Source of the DNA: a virus
Lineage: Duplodnaviria; Caudoviricetes
Length of the DNA stretch: 64,000 bases
Reading direction: 5' to 3' (one strand)
IMG/VR virus record: IMGVR_UViG_2896003607_000008
Location: 2,752-66,751 of that record
A program made the translations under genes and the position numbers. Shown piece by piece: positions 35,278 through 43,917 of the stretch (position 1 is its first letter; every line of letters starts with the position of its first letter). The notes beneath the pieces were generated by a model that made no database searches, was not told the origin of the DNA, and saw nothing but the letters and a program-made list of their open reading frames with translations.

Positions 35278-35943
35278 TTAGGCGCGCTCGATCTGAGCGC
35301 TTACGATGCTGGGAGCTTGCAATTCGTCGAAGAGCGGCAGAGCGCTCGGCGCAATGATCTTCTGTCGCTTTGGGCGGACAATTCCGTGTTTGTTAAAGAG
35401 CCCTAGCTCATCGCCCCAGCCGTCGAAGCCTTCACGGATCTCGCGCGAGAACAAATCGGCGCGAAATGCACGAGGCGTGCATTTGATCACTTGCTGGTAG
35501 AATTCGTCCGGCTTGCGCGAATGCTCGCGCGCAATCCCATCGAACGATCGAAACGGCTTATGGTCGGGGTTGCCCATCGTGCAGAGCAGGATGTGCTCAT
35601 CAGTAGTACGCACCCGGTAACCTGGCCCCATGCGGACCTTCCCGCGGGCTGTGACCTTCCGCCATGTAAAGGTGGTGATCGGCGTGAAGCCCCACGCTTT
35701 AACGATCCTGTGCGCCTGACACGTGGCGAGCGCCCACCCCCACGACCAAAACAGCAGAAGACTGTCCGCTCTGGCCAACCTATCGACTGGGAGGGCCATG
35801 ATGTCTTCCAACGGCATGCAGTCGTAATGAGCCTGCGCCGATTTGAGCTGTCCTCGCTCGCTATACGTCTCAAAATAGGCCGGGACGTCGGCAACGATGA
35901 CATCGTAGAAGAGCGGGCGGAGACTCCCGAACGGCCACAGCAT
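35278..35943 (-). CDS. MT-A70 family methyltransferase
   Basis: YDVIVADVP (DPPW variant), HYDCM, AWGF, REHSRKPDEFY, DLFSRE...WGDE. Confidence 0.88.
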   Translation of the reverse strand: MLWPFGSLRPLFYDVIVADVPAYFETYSERGQLKSAQAHYDCMPLEDIMALPVDRLARADSLLLFWSWGWALATCQAHRIVKAWGFTPITTFTWRKVTARGKVRMGPGYRVRTTDEHILLCTMGNPDHKPFRSFDGIAREHSRKPDEFYQQVIKCTPRAFRADLFSREIREGFDGWGDELGLFNKHGIVRPKRQKIIAPSALPLFDELQAPSIVSAQIERA

Positions 35944-36314
35944 TACCTGCTACCTCCAAAGTACGCCCTGGTCGCCTCAGCGATCACGACGCCGAACGTA
36001 GCTCCCGTTTCAGCTGCATAGCGGCGCGCCGCAGATACGACCTCCGGATGCAACGACACAAAACAGGCTACGGATTCCGCGACCAGGCTCTCGACTGTGG
36101 TCCGGCGGGCTTGGGCATGCTTCTCCAACAGCGCAAGGTTTTCGCGGCTGAGCTTTAGGCCGCGATCGGCCGATATCGGCGCAACCTCGATGCAGGCTCT
36201 CCGATGCCCGCTGGCTGCTCGGTCGGCGACCTCCCTTGTTGGGAACACTGAGCCGAGAGAGCCCCCGATTCCGGGTGCGTAGAGGTTGACGAAGTACCGA
36301 TCAGCGGGCTCCAT
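35943..36314 (-). CDS. Hypothetical protein with RHH-like segments
   Basis: GGAGGA RBS before MEPADR. Confidence 0.55.
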   Translation of the reverse strand: MEPADRYFVNLYAPGIGGSLGSVFPTREVADRAASGHRRACIEVAPISADRGLKLSRENLALLEKHAQARRTTVESLVAESVACFVSLHPEVVSAARRYAAETGATFGVVIAEATRAYFGGSR

Positions 36315-36516
36315 CGCGGCTCCTCCGATCAGCCCGGTGTCGCGCTTCACGGTCTTCCCGAATGCGGGAGAACGGCCGCGCCCGGCCGCCGAGCAACCAC
36401 CTCTGCACGTCGAGCCACCATCGTGACCACTCCGTCATCCTCTCGGAAACGGAGATACATGCCTTGCTGATCCAAAAGGCGGCATCGGCGAGATATCGGT
36501 CCACGGCGCATTCCAT
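36301..36516 (-). CDS. Small hypothetical protein
   Basis: Fills the operon gap. Confidence 0.4.
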   Translation of the reverse strand: MECAVDRYLADAAFWISKACISVSERMTEWSRWWLDVQRWLLGGRARPFSRIREDREARHRADRRSRDGAR

Positions 36517-36555
36517 GATCAGCTGATATTCACCGCGGGACGCGCGGCGCGTGAC

Positions 36556-36987
36556 TTACTTCCGGTTCAGATCAAGGCTGATTTGGCGCTCCGCGACCTC
36601 ATTGCGCACGCGGCGGACCTCGGCCTCGGCCTCGGCAAGGCGGCGCTCCAGGTTTTCACGCGCGATCCAGCGCTCACGAAGGTCCTCCGGTACGTGAGCA
36701 AGGAACGCTTCGAAGCACTCCATGCCTTCGGGGCCTTCGAGGAGGTTCAGAAGACGGTCGACGTCGATCGACCGCTTACTCGCGATCCAATTGTCGATCG
36801 TGCTGAGCGAGCAACGGGCTCGCTTCGCCATCGACTTGCGGAAGCTATTTCCGCCGATCGCGGAACGACAAATACGAATGATTTCAGAGGTTATTTTCGC
36901 GGCTCTTACGTTCGTACGAACCGACTCACACGAACGTAAGAGGGGTGAATTTGCCTGAACTCCACTCGCGAGCGATGCTGACTGCAT
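36556..36987 (-). CDS. CII-like HTH regulator
   Basis: MAKRARCSLSTIDNWI HTH; downstream of cro; GAGGGGG RBS. Confidence 0.6.
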   Translation of the reverse strand: MQSASLASGVQANSPLLRSCESVRTNVRAAKITSEIIRICRSAIGGNSFRKSMAKRARCSLSTIDNWIASKRSIDVDRLLNLLEGPEGMECFEAFLAHVPEDLRERWIARENLERRLAEAEAEVRRVRNEVAERQISLDLNRK

Positions 36988-37321
36988 GACGAACACCCCC
37001 TCTGCACAGAATGAATTTGAGCCCGCGAGACGCCGCGCTCCGGCGGGCGATGAAAGCAAGATCCGCGAGGTCGACGACGCGCGCACGCTCATCGCGGAAG
37101 AGAGTTTCGACGCGCTGATCGTGTTGCTCGTCGAGACAGAATTGGTGCCGCGATCTTCGATCGCAGGAATGCTCGACAAGCTGTCAGCGCGGTTGATGCT
37201 GCATGCCAGCTGCCGAACGAATTCGAGACGGGCGCACCGGGAGCGTGAGCTGATTGAGCGAGCCGGAAGGATCGCGGCCCTCGCAGCATCGTACCGTGAT
37301 GCAAGGACATGGCTCGCATGA
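36986..37321 (+). CDS. Antisense hypothetical protein between cro and cII-like gene
   Basis: 111 aa helical ORF exactly filling the gap; no clear RBS. Confidence 0.45.
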   Translation: MTNTPSAQNEFEPARRRAPAGDESKIREVDDARTLIAEESFDALIVLLVETELVPRSSIAGMLDKLSARLMLHASCRTNSRRAHRERELIERAGRIAALAASYRDARTWLA

Positions 37322-37323
37322 CG

Positions 37324-37626
37324 TCACACCCCGTCGGCCGCCTCGACTTCGTTGAAGACGGTCTCGATGACTGCGCTGCTCGGCCGGCCGTAGATGTCCG
37401 GACGCAGCAGGTTGCGCGAGATCTTGGTCACCTCCTCGACCGCAAGCACTCTCTCAGCCGGAATCTGCTTCCACTGGGAGATGGCCTGAGGCGTCGGAGG
37501 CCGCGCCGCGGCTACCAGCCCGGCCAAAGCAGTCGACAGTCCGGTATTGCCGCCGCAGACCTGCTTCGCGCGCTCAAGAGCGGCGGTCTTGATCTGATCA
37601 TTCGTGCGGTTCGGTTCGGTGCTCAT
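37324..37626 (-). CDS. cro: Cro-like repressor (YdaS family)
   Basis: TPQAISQWKQIPAERVLAVEEVTKISRNLLRPDIY; divergent from cI. Confidence 0.9.
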   Translation of the reverse strand: MSTEPNRTNDQIKTAALERAKQVCGGNTGLSTALAGLVAAARPPTPQAISQWKQIPAERVLAVEEVTKISRNLLRPDIYGRPSSAVIETVFNEVEAADGV

Positions 37627-37634
37627 ACCGAAAT

Positions 37635-37651
37635 TGAAAGCACGGCTTTCA
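37635..37651. promoter_or_regulatory. 17-bp palindromic operator in the cro promoter (degenerate site at 37658-37674, half-site at 37676)
   Basis: TGAAAGC-ACG-GCTTTCA inside minus-strand TTGCAA-N17-TTTCAA, which ends 7 nt before the cro ATG (leaderless). Confidence 0.75.
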
Positions 37652-37719
37652 TCTGATTGCAAGCGTCTCTGTCGATGAAAGCCGTTGACGGAGAAGGTAT
37701 CAAACGCCTTTGTCTGGGG

Positions 37720-38475
37720 ATGCCGATGGAAGATTTAGCAAGCCGCATCAAGCACGTAAGGAAGACCGCAAAGCTCTCTCAGGAGCGTTTCGCGGAGGCC
37801 TTAGGCAAGGTCGATGGCCAGAAGATCACCCGCGGCGCTGTCGGGAATTGGGAGCTCGGCGGCGGTATCAGCCGGGAAAATCTCCGGGCGATCGCGTCGA
37901 CGTTCAAGGTCCGTCTGGACTGGCTCGAGCTTGGAATTGGTTCGCCGGCGGACACCGGCGCGGGCGACGCCACCGAGTTAACCACCGTTACTGCCCCGTT
38001 AATCCCAGAATCAAATCCTGCTGGAACATCCGAGAAACTCGCGAACAATGCTCGGATAGGTGAACTGGTTGATGGATTTACGAGGGTTCCAGTGCGTGGT
38101 CAGGGAATGGGTGGCAATTACGGTGCATTGCTTTTCGACTCCGAACAGAACATGGGCGACGTACTCGCGCCCCCGGTACTTCATGGCGTTCCCGGCGCCT
38201 ACGCTGTTTATGTCGTCGGCGATTCCATGCTGGAACGTTTCCGAGATGGGGAGGTCGTTTTCGTTCATCCCTACCTCCGACCGCGCAAAGACGACGACTG
38301 TGTCATCCAGATCCGCACCAGCGAACACGGCGAGCGGACCGGATGGATCAAACGCTTCGTGTCCTGGGATGAGAAGACCCTCAAGGTCCGGCAGCTCAAC
38401 CCGAAGAAGGTGATTACCTTCAAGTCAAAAGACGTAGTTTCCGTACACCGAATTGTCATGAGCGGGCCGATATGA
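37720..38475 (+). CDS. cI: CI-like repressor (XRE HTH + S24 peptidase)
   Basis: LSQERFAEAL...TRGAVGNWE; VVGDSM and WIKRF catalytic Ser/Lys motifs. Confidence 0.92.
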   Translation: MPMEDLASRIKHVRKTAKLSQERFAEALGKVDGQKITRGAVGNWELGGGISRENLRAIASTFKVRLDWLELGIGSPADTGAGDATELTTVTAPLIPESNPAGTSEKLANNARIGELVDGFTRVPVRGQGMGGNYGALLFDSEQNMGDVLAPPVLHGVPGAYAVYVVGDSMLERFRDGEVVFVHPYLRPRKDDDCVIQIRTSEHGERTGWIKRFVSWDEKTLKVRQLNPKKVITFKSKDVVSVHRIVMSGPI

Positions 38476-38774
38476 CACGCGCAATACTCGCAGCGCTACT
38501 GATCGCTGCTTCAACTACCCAGGCAATTACAGCTGATTTTGAGAACAACTGCTCGATTACTGCGGCATCACATTTGCCCCGGATTCCGGGTATCGAGATC
38601 GTCGGACAGCCACGGGTCAAACCGCTTCCGCCGGAATTGGCAGCGAAGGTTCAGCCAGGCGCCGACTACCGATTGATCGAGATCGACGCTATTTCCGCCG
38701 GGCAGACCCCCACGTTTCGGTTCTTCTGCGTCCATGTCGCCGGCGCTCCGGTAATGGTCGGCCGAGTACCTTAG
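38472..38774 (+). CDS. Exported small protein co-transcribed with cI (possible immunity/exclusion factor)
   Basis: Signal-peptide-like N-terminus, two Cys, ATGA overlap with cI. Confidence 0.6.
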   Translation: MTRAILAALLIAASTTQAITADFENNCSITAASHLPRIPGIEIVGQPRVKPLPPELAAKVQPGADYRLIEIDAISAGQTPTFRFFCVHVAGAPVMVGRVP

Positions 38775-39265
38775 CGATCCGCGGCCAGTCGATCTCGCTC
38801 AGCACGAATCCTACCTGCAAACTCCAAAGCGCTGGTCACCAAGCTGATGGTCCCGCGCAGCTCGGTCACGACCTCGGCTATCGATGGCATGAAATTGTGC
38901 TTCAGCCGGCAGCGGCGGCAAGCGATGGCAACTGCAGCCGACTGCGGCTCCAGCGCCATGACGTCGTCGATGAGCAGCCGCCCGAACACCTTCGCATCCT
39001 GGACCCCGACGGGGTAGCATTTGACCAGCAAACCGAGATGGATCATCGCCTCGGCTCGTTCCGCGCGTGCGCCCGCGATCTCCAGTTCGGCCATCGGCAG
39101 CCGGGCGGCCACCGCATCCAGCCGTTCGATCAGCTTTTCAGGCGACGAAGCCTGGTTGAGGCAGGAAACGCGAAGCGCCAAGAGATCTTGGGCAAGCACC
39201 TCGAAGTCGCGATACTCGGGCGGCGGCGCAGGGTCTCCGCGCCTCGATGGCACCGGCGTCGTCAT
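38771..39265 (-). CDS. Replication accessory protein (helicase loader/inhibitor-like, lambda P position)
   Basis: Coupled behind the initiator; ACRRC....FMPSIAEV motif. Confidence 0.55.
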   Translation of the reverse strand: MTTPVPSRRGDPAPPPEYRDFEVLAQDLLALRVSCLNQASSPEKLIERLDAVAARLPMAELEIAGARAERAEAMIHLGLLVKCYPVGVQDAKVFGRLLIDDVMALEPQSAAVAIACRRCRLKHNFMPSIAEVVTELRGTISLVTSALEFAGRIRAERDRLAADR

Positions 39266-40146
39266 CAGAAATCCTCTCTCGGCATGCTGGATAGCATTCC
39301 CTCAATGGCCGAATCCGCTCTGCTCTGCGGCGGCCGGCCGGCACCACCGCCGGGGCTTCGAGGCCCAAAACCATTTCCGATCCATGTCTTCCAAGCTGCC
39401 GGCCAATCGGCCATCAGGTTCCCCCTGCTGACGTGGTGGTTTCTGAAGCGCTCAGCTTGGAACGGGATCTCGCGATCCGAATACCCCATCGACCTGGCAT
39501 ATTTCCAATCAGCTTCCGATGGCTGCCAATCGTCCGGGATCGCTGTTCGTGGCCTGGCGCGCTTAGGCTTCCTCACTGGTGCAGGCGCCAGCACCTCCTG
39601 CGTCCCCAAGGCCATGGGGAGCTGTGGAGAGCGGTCGTCCGCTCGGACGACCGGTGGATCGAAGCCAGGTAGACACCCCTCCCCTTCTTCTCTTTCTTCA
39701 GTTCTTAATGGTTTAGTTTCTTTTCTATTGTCTCGGCCCTGTCTCGGCCCTGTCTCGGCCCTGTCTCGGGCTTGTCCCGAATCGCTGACCGTTGTTGTCC
39801 CGCCTGACGAGTCATCGCCCTGATAATCGCTGTAGTTTCTGATAGTTATGACGGTTACGCCTGTCCCGGTTCGTGTCTCGATCATTTCCTCATTTTTGAG
39901 CCTACTAATGAACCTCTCGACCTTACCTCGAGTCCACTGCCACTCGGCGGCGAGATACCGAACAGCGCCAACGACTTCCCCCCGATCCAGGTCAACGACA
40001 TGGTCGCCGGCACGTTGTCGGACCGGCTTCCATGCCGCCTTTGCGCAGAGCCAGACCCACGCCTCTCGCTCGGTGAACGCCTCTTTCCGAAACGCGGGGT
40101 GGGTAAAGATCGAGCGATAGAACCGGATGTACCCTCGCTCGCTCAT
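39265..40146 (-). CDS. Phage replication initiator with DnaT-like C-terminal domain
   Basis: GYIRFYRSI..HP, AW.WL, LDRG, ITIRNYSDYQ; IPDDWQPS...ERFRNH...DWPAAWKTW; internal iterons. Confidence 0.85.
   Translation of the reverse strand: MSERGYIRFYRSIFTHPAFRKEAFTEREAWVWLCAKAAWKPVRQRAGDHVVDLDRGEVVGAVRYLAAEWQWTRGKVERFISRLKNEEMIETRTGTGVTVITIRNYSDYQGDDSSGGTTTVSDSGQARDRAETGPRQGRDNRKETKPLRTEEREEGEGCLPGFDPPVVRADDRSPQLPMALGTQEVLAPAPVRKPKRARPRTAIPDDWQPSEADWKYARSMGYSDREIPFQAERFRNHHVSRGNLMADWPAAWKTWIGNGFGPRSPGGGAGRPPQSRADSAIEGMLSSMPREDF
39681..39783. repeat. Probable phage replication origin: 11-bp iterons (TGTCTCGGCCC x3 plus degenerate copies) beside an AT-rich tract
   Basis: Perfect copies at 39729, 39740, 39751; variants at 39762, 39773; T-rich 39681-39728. 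Confidence 0.8.
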
Positions 40147-40871
40147 TCCGCCCTCCGCTCGCTCATCGCTGGCTTTCCAGAGATCGCCAGCGCCGCGTTG
40201 ACTGCGGTCATCACCGAGTTCTTCTCACAGACGAGCCATTCGCCTTTAGCGCGGTGAGAAGCCAGTGCCGCAAGGGCGGCGGATTCGATCGCTCGCGCTT
40301 CGTTCACCGACAACGGAACGGATTCCGCCAGCACTCGAATTGGATTGGGGTTTCCGGTTTGCAATGCACCCAGCCGCCGGCTCAAGTTCCGGGAAATTCC
40401 GACCTTCAGGCATCCATCGCTGGACGCCATCACATAGACCAAGCACTGTGCTGCATCTGTTCGACGCGGCTTTGAATTACCTGGTCTCAAGCAGGCGGCC
40501 GGTGGAAGAACCGGCTCTTGGAGCTCGCCGTCAGTCGGAATATCGAGTTGATATTTCTCGTAATTCAGAACCGTGATGATGTTGACACCCATCTCGGCTC
40601 GAGACCGGGCCATCTCCTGACGCTCCAGCCGGACTAGAAAACTGCGAACGGCACCGACCTTCCAACCCCAGACGCCGGCCAAATGCCGCAATGACGCAGC
40701 GACCTCTCCTCGGGAGAGGGCGACCAGAAACTGACCGACGCGGCGTTGCCGCGGCCGCCATGCCGCCTCGCAGATCAGCCACATGAACGCCTCGCGGTCG
40801 CTGAACGGCGGCCGGAAGAATTCGTGCGCGAAGATTGAACGGTAGAGCCTGACGTACCCCCGGGAGCTCAT
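40143..40871 (-). CDS. Initiator-paralogous N-domain fused to GIY-YIG (T5orf172-like) domain
   Basis: N-terminal ~110 aa colinear with the initiator; VYVM....LKVGISRN..RRL..LQTGNP...GEW. Confidence 0.8.
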   Translation of the reverse strand: MSSRGYVRLYRSIFAHEFFRPPFSDREAFMWLICEAAWRPRQRRVGQFLVALSRGEVAASLRHLAGVWGWKVGAVRSFLVRLERQEMARSRAEMGVNIITVLNYEKYQLDIPTDGELQEPVLPPAACLRPGNSKPRRTDAAQCLVYVMASSDGCLKVGISRNLSRRLGALQTGNPNPIRVLAESVPLSVNEARAIESAALAALASHRAKGEWLVCEKNSVMTAVNAALAISGKPAMSERRAE

Positions 40872-41045
40872 GCGTTCCCCTGGAAAGCGCGCGATGGGCG
40901 CGTTGCCGTCAAAACGCGCAGGCAACGCGGAGTTGGCGGAGGCTTCTGGCCGGGCGTTTCCCGGTCATCCTGCCGGGCGAATGGGTCTGACATCGCACCA
41001 ATTTGCTGAGATTCGGGATCGGCCGAGCTATACCGGTGGCAAAAT

Positions 41046-41097
41046 TGAAAGCCAAGCTTTCTTTTCGCTTGCAGCCGACTGAAAGCCATGCTTTCAT
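41046..41097 (+). promoter_or_regulatory. Two operator copies with promoter of the long early operon
   Basis: TGAAAGCCAAGCTTTCT (41046), TGAAAGCCATGCTTTCA (41080); TTGCAG-N17-TTTCAT. Confidence 0.75.
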
Positions 41098-41135
41098 TTC
41101 GACACCTGACGCATCAACCAACAGGTGCTTTCGAG

Positions 41136-41585
41136 ATGACCAGCGAATGTAATACGAGCCGCGGCGGCGCCTCTATCGGCGATGCGAAAGCGAAAATCCA
41201 ACGCGCGAACGAGTACGCCGGAACGCGGCTGAGGGCCGCCCGGCTTCAGCGCGGCCTGTCCCAGGAGGCTCTGGCCGCGGCGGTCGGCCTCACCTTCCAG
41301 CAGGTCCAGAAGTACGAGAAGGGCAAGAACCGGATGTCGGCCGGGTTGCTGGCGTTCTTCGCCGAGCATCTCAAGGTACCCATGACCTGGTTCTTCGACG
41401 GGCTCCCGCAGGCGACCGGGGATGATCTGGTCGGCGCCTCCGCCATCAACTCCATGATCGCCACTCCTGGCGGAATCGATGTCGCAAGATCCTTCACCAG
41501 GATCGGCGTTGGTGATCGGCAGGTGGTGGTCCGCGTGATGAACGCGCTCGCGCAGAACGGCGCATCGGCGCCTCATGGTGACTGA
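41136..41585 (+). CDS. XRE-family HTH regulator
   Basis: GLSQEALAAAVGLTFQQVQKYEKGKNR. Confidence 0.9.
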   Translation: MTSECNTSRGGASIGDAKAKIQRANEYAGTRLRAARLQRGLSQEALAAAVGLTFQQVQKYEKGKNRMSAGLLAFFAEHLKVPMTWFFDGLPQATGDDLVGASAINSMIATPGGIDVARSFTRIGVGDRQVVVRVMNALAQNGASAPHGD

Positions 41586-41844
41586 AATGTCCCTCGACCC
41601 TGCGGATCTCGACAACGTGGATGACCTGACGCTGTCGCTCGCCACCATCTCGCGGATTGGTGTCAAGGACGTCGGTGGTCAGCCGGCCGAGGTTGAAGAC
41701 CGCATCATTGAATTCCTGATGATGCGGCCACGCCGTGACCGCGAGCCCGCATACTCGTGGAACGACCTCAAGCCCCGCCTTGGCGTGATCACAACGTTGG
41801 TGCGCCATCTCGGTCCGATATCGACAGACATGGTGCTCGAATGA
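41575..41844 (+). CDS. Hypothetical protein
   Basis: Operon position. Confidence 0.55.
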   Translation: MVTEMSLDPADLDNVDDLTLSLATISRIGVKDVGGQPAEVEDRIIEFLMMRPRRDREPAYSWNDLKPRLGVITTLVRHLGPISTDMVLE

Positions 41845-41979
41845 GTGCGTCGGCGGCAATTGATGCTGCGCGGTTTGTCCAACTGGGCAGCAACGACAGC
41901 AGCGACGATTGCGATCGCGGGCCTGGTGTTCGCGATCGTCGTGCAAGTCCAGTCCGTTCTTCCTTTCTAGAGGTGACCG

Positions 41980-42531
41980 TTGACTCAGCATCGCCCTCTC
42001 CTAGCCCCTGACGTGTTGGACCGTTTCCTGGGATCGGTTCATTCCATTCGTGAGGCGTGGATTGCCGACGTGGACGCGCTGCATGCGGCTCAAGACGAGC
42101 TCGTCAGTACCAGACGTCTGCTCGACCATGTGAGCGAGCGAGCCGACCTTCTTGAGGCTGATCTCGCAAAGGCGCGCACTGAAAATGATCAGCTTCGGTC
42201 GCGGTTGGCAAAGCTTGAAGCTGGTCTTGACGTTATCCGCTTCGCCTCCGCCGGGGCGCGCGGCGAGACGAACGCTTCACCTGCTCCGCCGGCCACCGCC
42301 AGCGTGAACACCGAAGCGGAGACGGCGCTTCTCGAGGATCCCGACACCACGGCCACGATCGCCGACGCCGACAACGAAGTAGCTCCGATCGACGGCAAAG
42401 AAGATGCCATCCCAGCGTTTCTTCACCAGGGGCCGGCCCCATTTGATCGCGCTGGTGACGATCTTCTACCGACCCGGTCGCGTCTGCCCCCGATCCAGTT
42501 CTTAGCAGCCACTCTCACTCACAACCGTTAA
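41980..42531 (+). CDS. Coiled-coil hypothetical protein
   Basis: Heptad-rich N-half; GAGG RBS, TTG start. Confidence 0.65.
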   Translation: MTQHRPLLAPDVLDRFLGSVHSIREAWIADVDALHAAQDELVSTRRLLDHVSERADLLEADLAKARTENDQLRSRLAKLEAGLDVIRFASAGARGETNASPAPPATASVNTEAETALLEDPDTTATIADADNEVAPIDGKEDAIPAFLHQGPAPFDRAGDDLLPTRSRLPPIQFLAATLTHNR

Positions 42532-42549
42532 CCCTCACCAACCCATCCA

Positions 42550-43917
42550 ATGCGAGTCCAACAGATGACCTCCGGCAAAGACGAGAAACAGCAATCGCCT
42601 CTTCGAATTCTCTCGCTGGAGGTCGAAAACATCCTTCGGGTGGTAGCTGTTCGGCTCCAGCCAAACGGCCAAGTGCTCGAGCTCACTGGAAAGAACAGAG
42701 CCGGTAAGAGCTCTGTGATCGACGCTCTCTGGATTGCCTTGGGCGGCAAGATTCCTCCCGATCCGATCCATGATGGCGCCGAGATGGGACAGGTCCTGGT
42801 GGAGATCGGCGACGACACCGGCCTCAAGTATTCGGTGCAGAAGCGGATCAAACAGAAAGAGAACGGTGAGATCGCCCCCAGTCTCATTATCGAGAACGCC
42901 GACGGCGCGAAGATCAGCAACGCGCAGACCATCCTCAATGCGCTGATCGGCTCGCTGAGCTGCGATCCTCTCGACTTCATCGCCATGAAGCCGAAGGACC
43001 AATTCGACCTGCTCAAACGCTTCGTCCCTGGAGTGGATTTCGAGGCAATCGAAAAGGCGAACGCTGACGACTTCAGCATTCGCACGGACGTAAACCGCGA
43101 CATCAAGAACCGCCGAGCTCAACTCGATGCTATCAAGGTCGACGAGGCGTCCGAACAGATCGATGTTGACGCCCTCCTCGAGGAACTGACGAAGGCTGCG
43201 GATCACAATGCGGCCATCGAGCGCCAGAAGCTCGAAATCCAAACGAACGAAAACCGTGCGATCGAAACGCTTCGCCGTGCTCAGCAGCTCGTTGATGAGG
43301 CCCAAGATCTCCGTCGGCGGGCCGATGATCTCGATCAGAATGCCGCAACGCTGCGCGATGAGGCCACCCAACTTGCTGAGTCCGTCAACAGCGCGCCGGA
43401 TCTGCCCGACCCGATTGATCCGACCGCGCTGAGAACGAAGATCAACGAGGCCCGCGCGCACAACACCCGCGTGCAAGAGAACGAGCGGGCGATCGCTCAA
43501 CGGTCGCGGCTGGAGGCGGATCTCAAGATCCTCGAGGAACAGTCTTCCGCGCTCACTGCCGCGATCGAGAGCCGCAAGGCCGCCAAGGAGAAGGCAATCT
43601 CAGAAGCCGAGATGCCGGTTCCTGGGATCTCCTTCGGAGACGGGATCATCCTCTACGAGGGGCACCCACTCCAGAACGCCAGCCAGGCGCAGAAGCTTCA
43701 GATCGCAATCGCTGTCGCCGAAGCGATGCAGCCCCGGCTTCGCTTCATCACCACGAAGAATGCCGCGTTGCTCGACGATGAGTCATGGGCGGCGATGACG
43801 AAGCTCGCCGAGGAGAAAGATCTGCTGATCATCGCAGAGACGGTGAACAGCAGCCGGCCCACAGCGGTCGTCATCGAGGATGGCCATGTGCGCGGCCAGA
43901 AGCTGGCGGCCAAGTGA
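42550..43917 (+). CDS. SMC/RecN-like AAA ATPase
   Basis: GKNRAGKSS Walker A, long coiled coil, ASQAQKL signature, LLD. Confidence 0.85.
   Translation: MRVQQMTSGKDEKQQSPLRILSLEVENILRVVAVRLQPNGQVLELTGKNRAGKSSVIDALWIALGGKIPPDPIHDGAEMGQVLVEIGDDTGLKYSVQKRIKQKENGEIAPSLIIENADGAKISNAQTILNALIGSLSCDPLDFIAMKPKDQFDLLKRFVPGVDFEAIEKANADDFSIRTDVNRDIKNRRAQLDAIKVDEASEQIDVDALLEELTKAADHNAAIERQKLEIQTNENRAIETLRRAQQLVDEAQDLRRRADDLDQNAATLRDEATQLAESVNSAPDLPDPIDPTALRTKINEARAHNTRVQENERAIAQRSRLEADLKILEEQSSALTAAIESRKAAKEKAISEAEMPVPGISFGDGIILYEGHPLQNASQAQKLQIAIAVAEAMQPRLRFITTKNAALLDDESWAAMTKLAEEKDLLIIAETVNSSRPTAVVIEDGHVRGQKLAAK

Noticed and set aside
37324-37626. YdaS-type antitoxin of a toxin-antitoxin pair
   Set aside because: Divergent position opposite cI with shared operators identifies it as Cro
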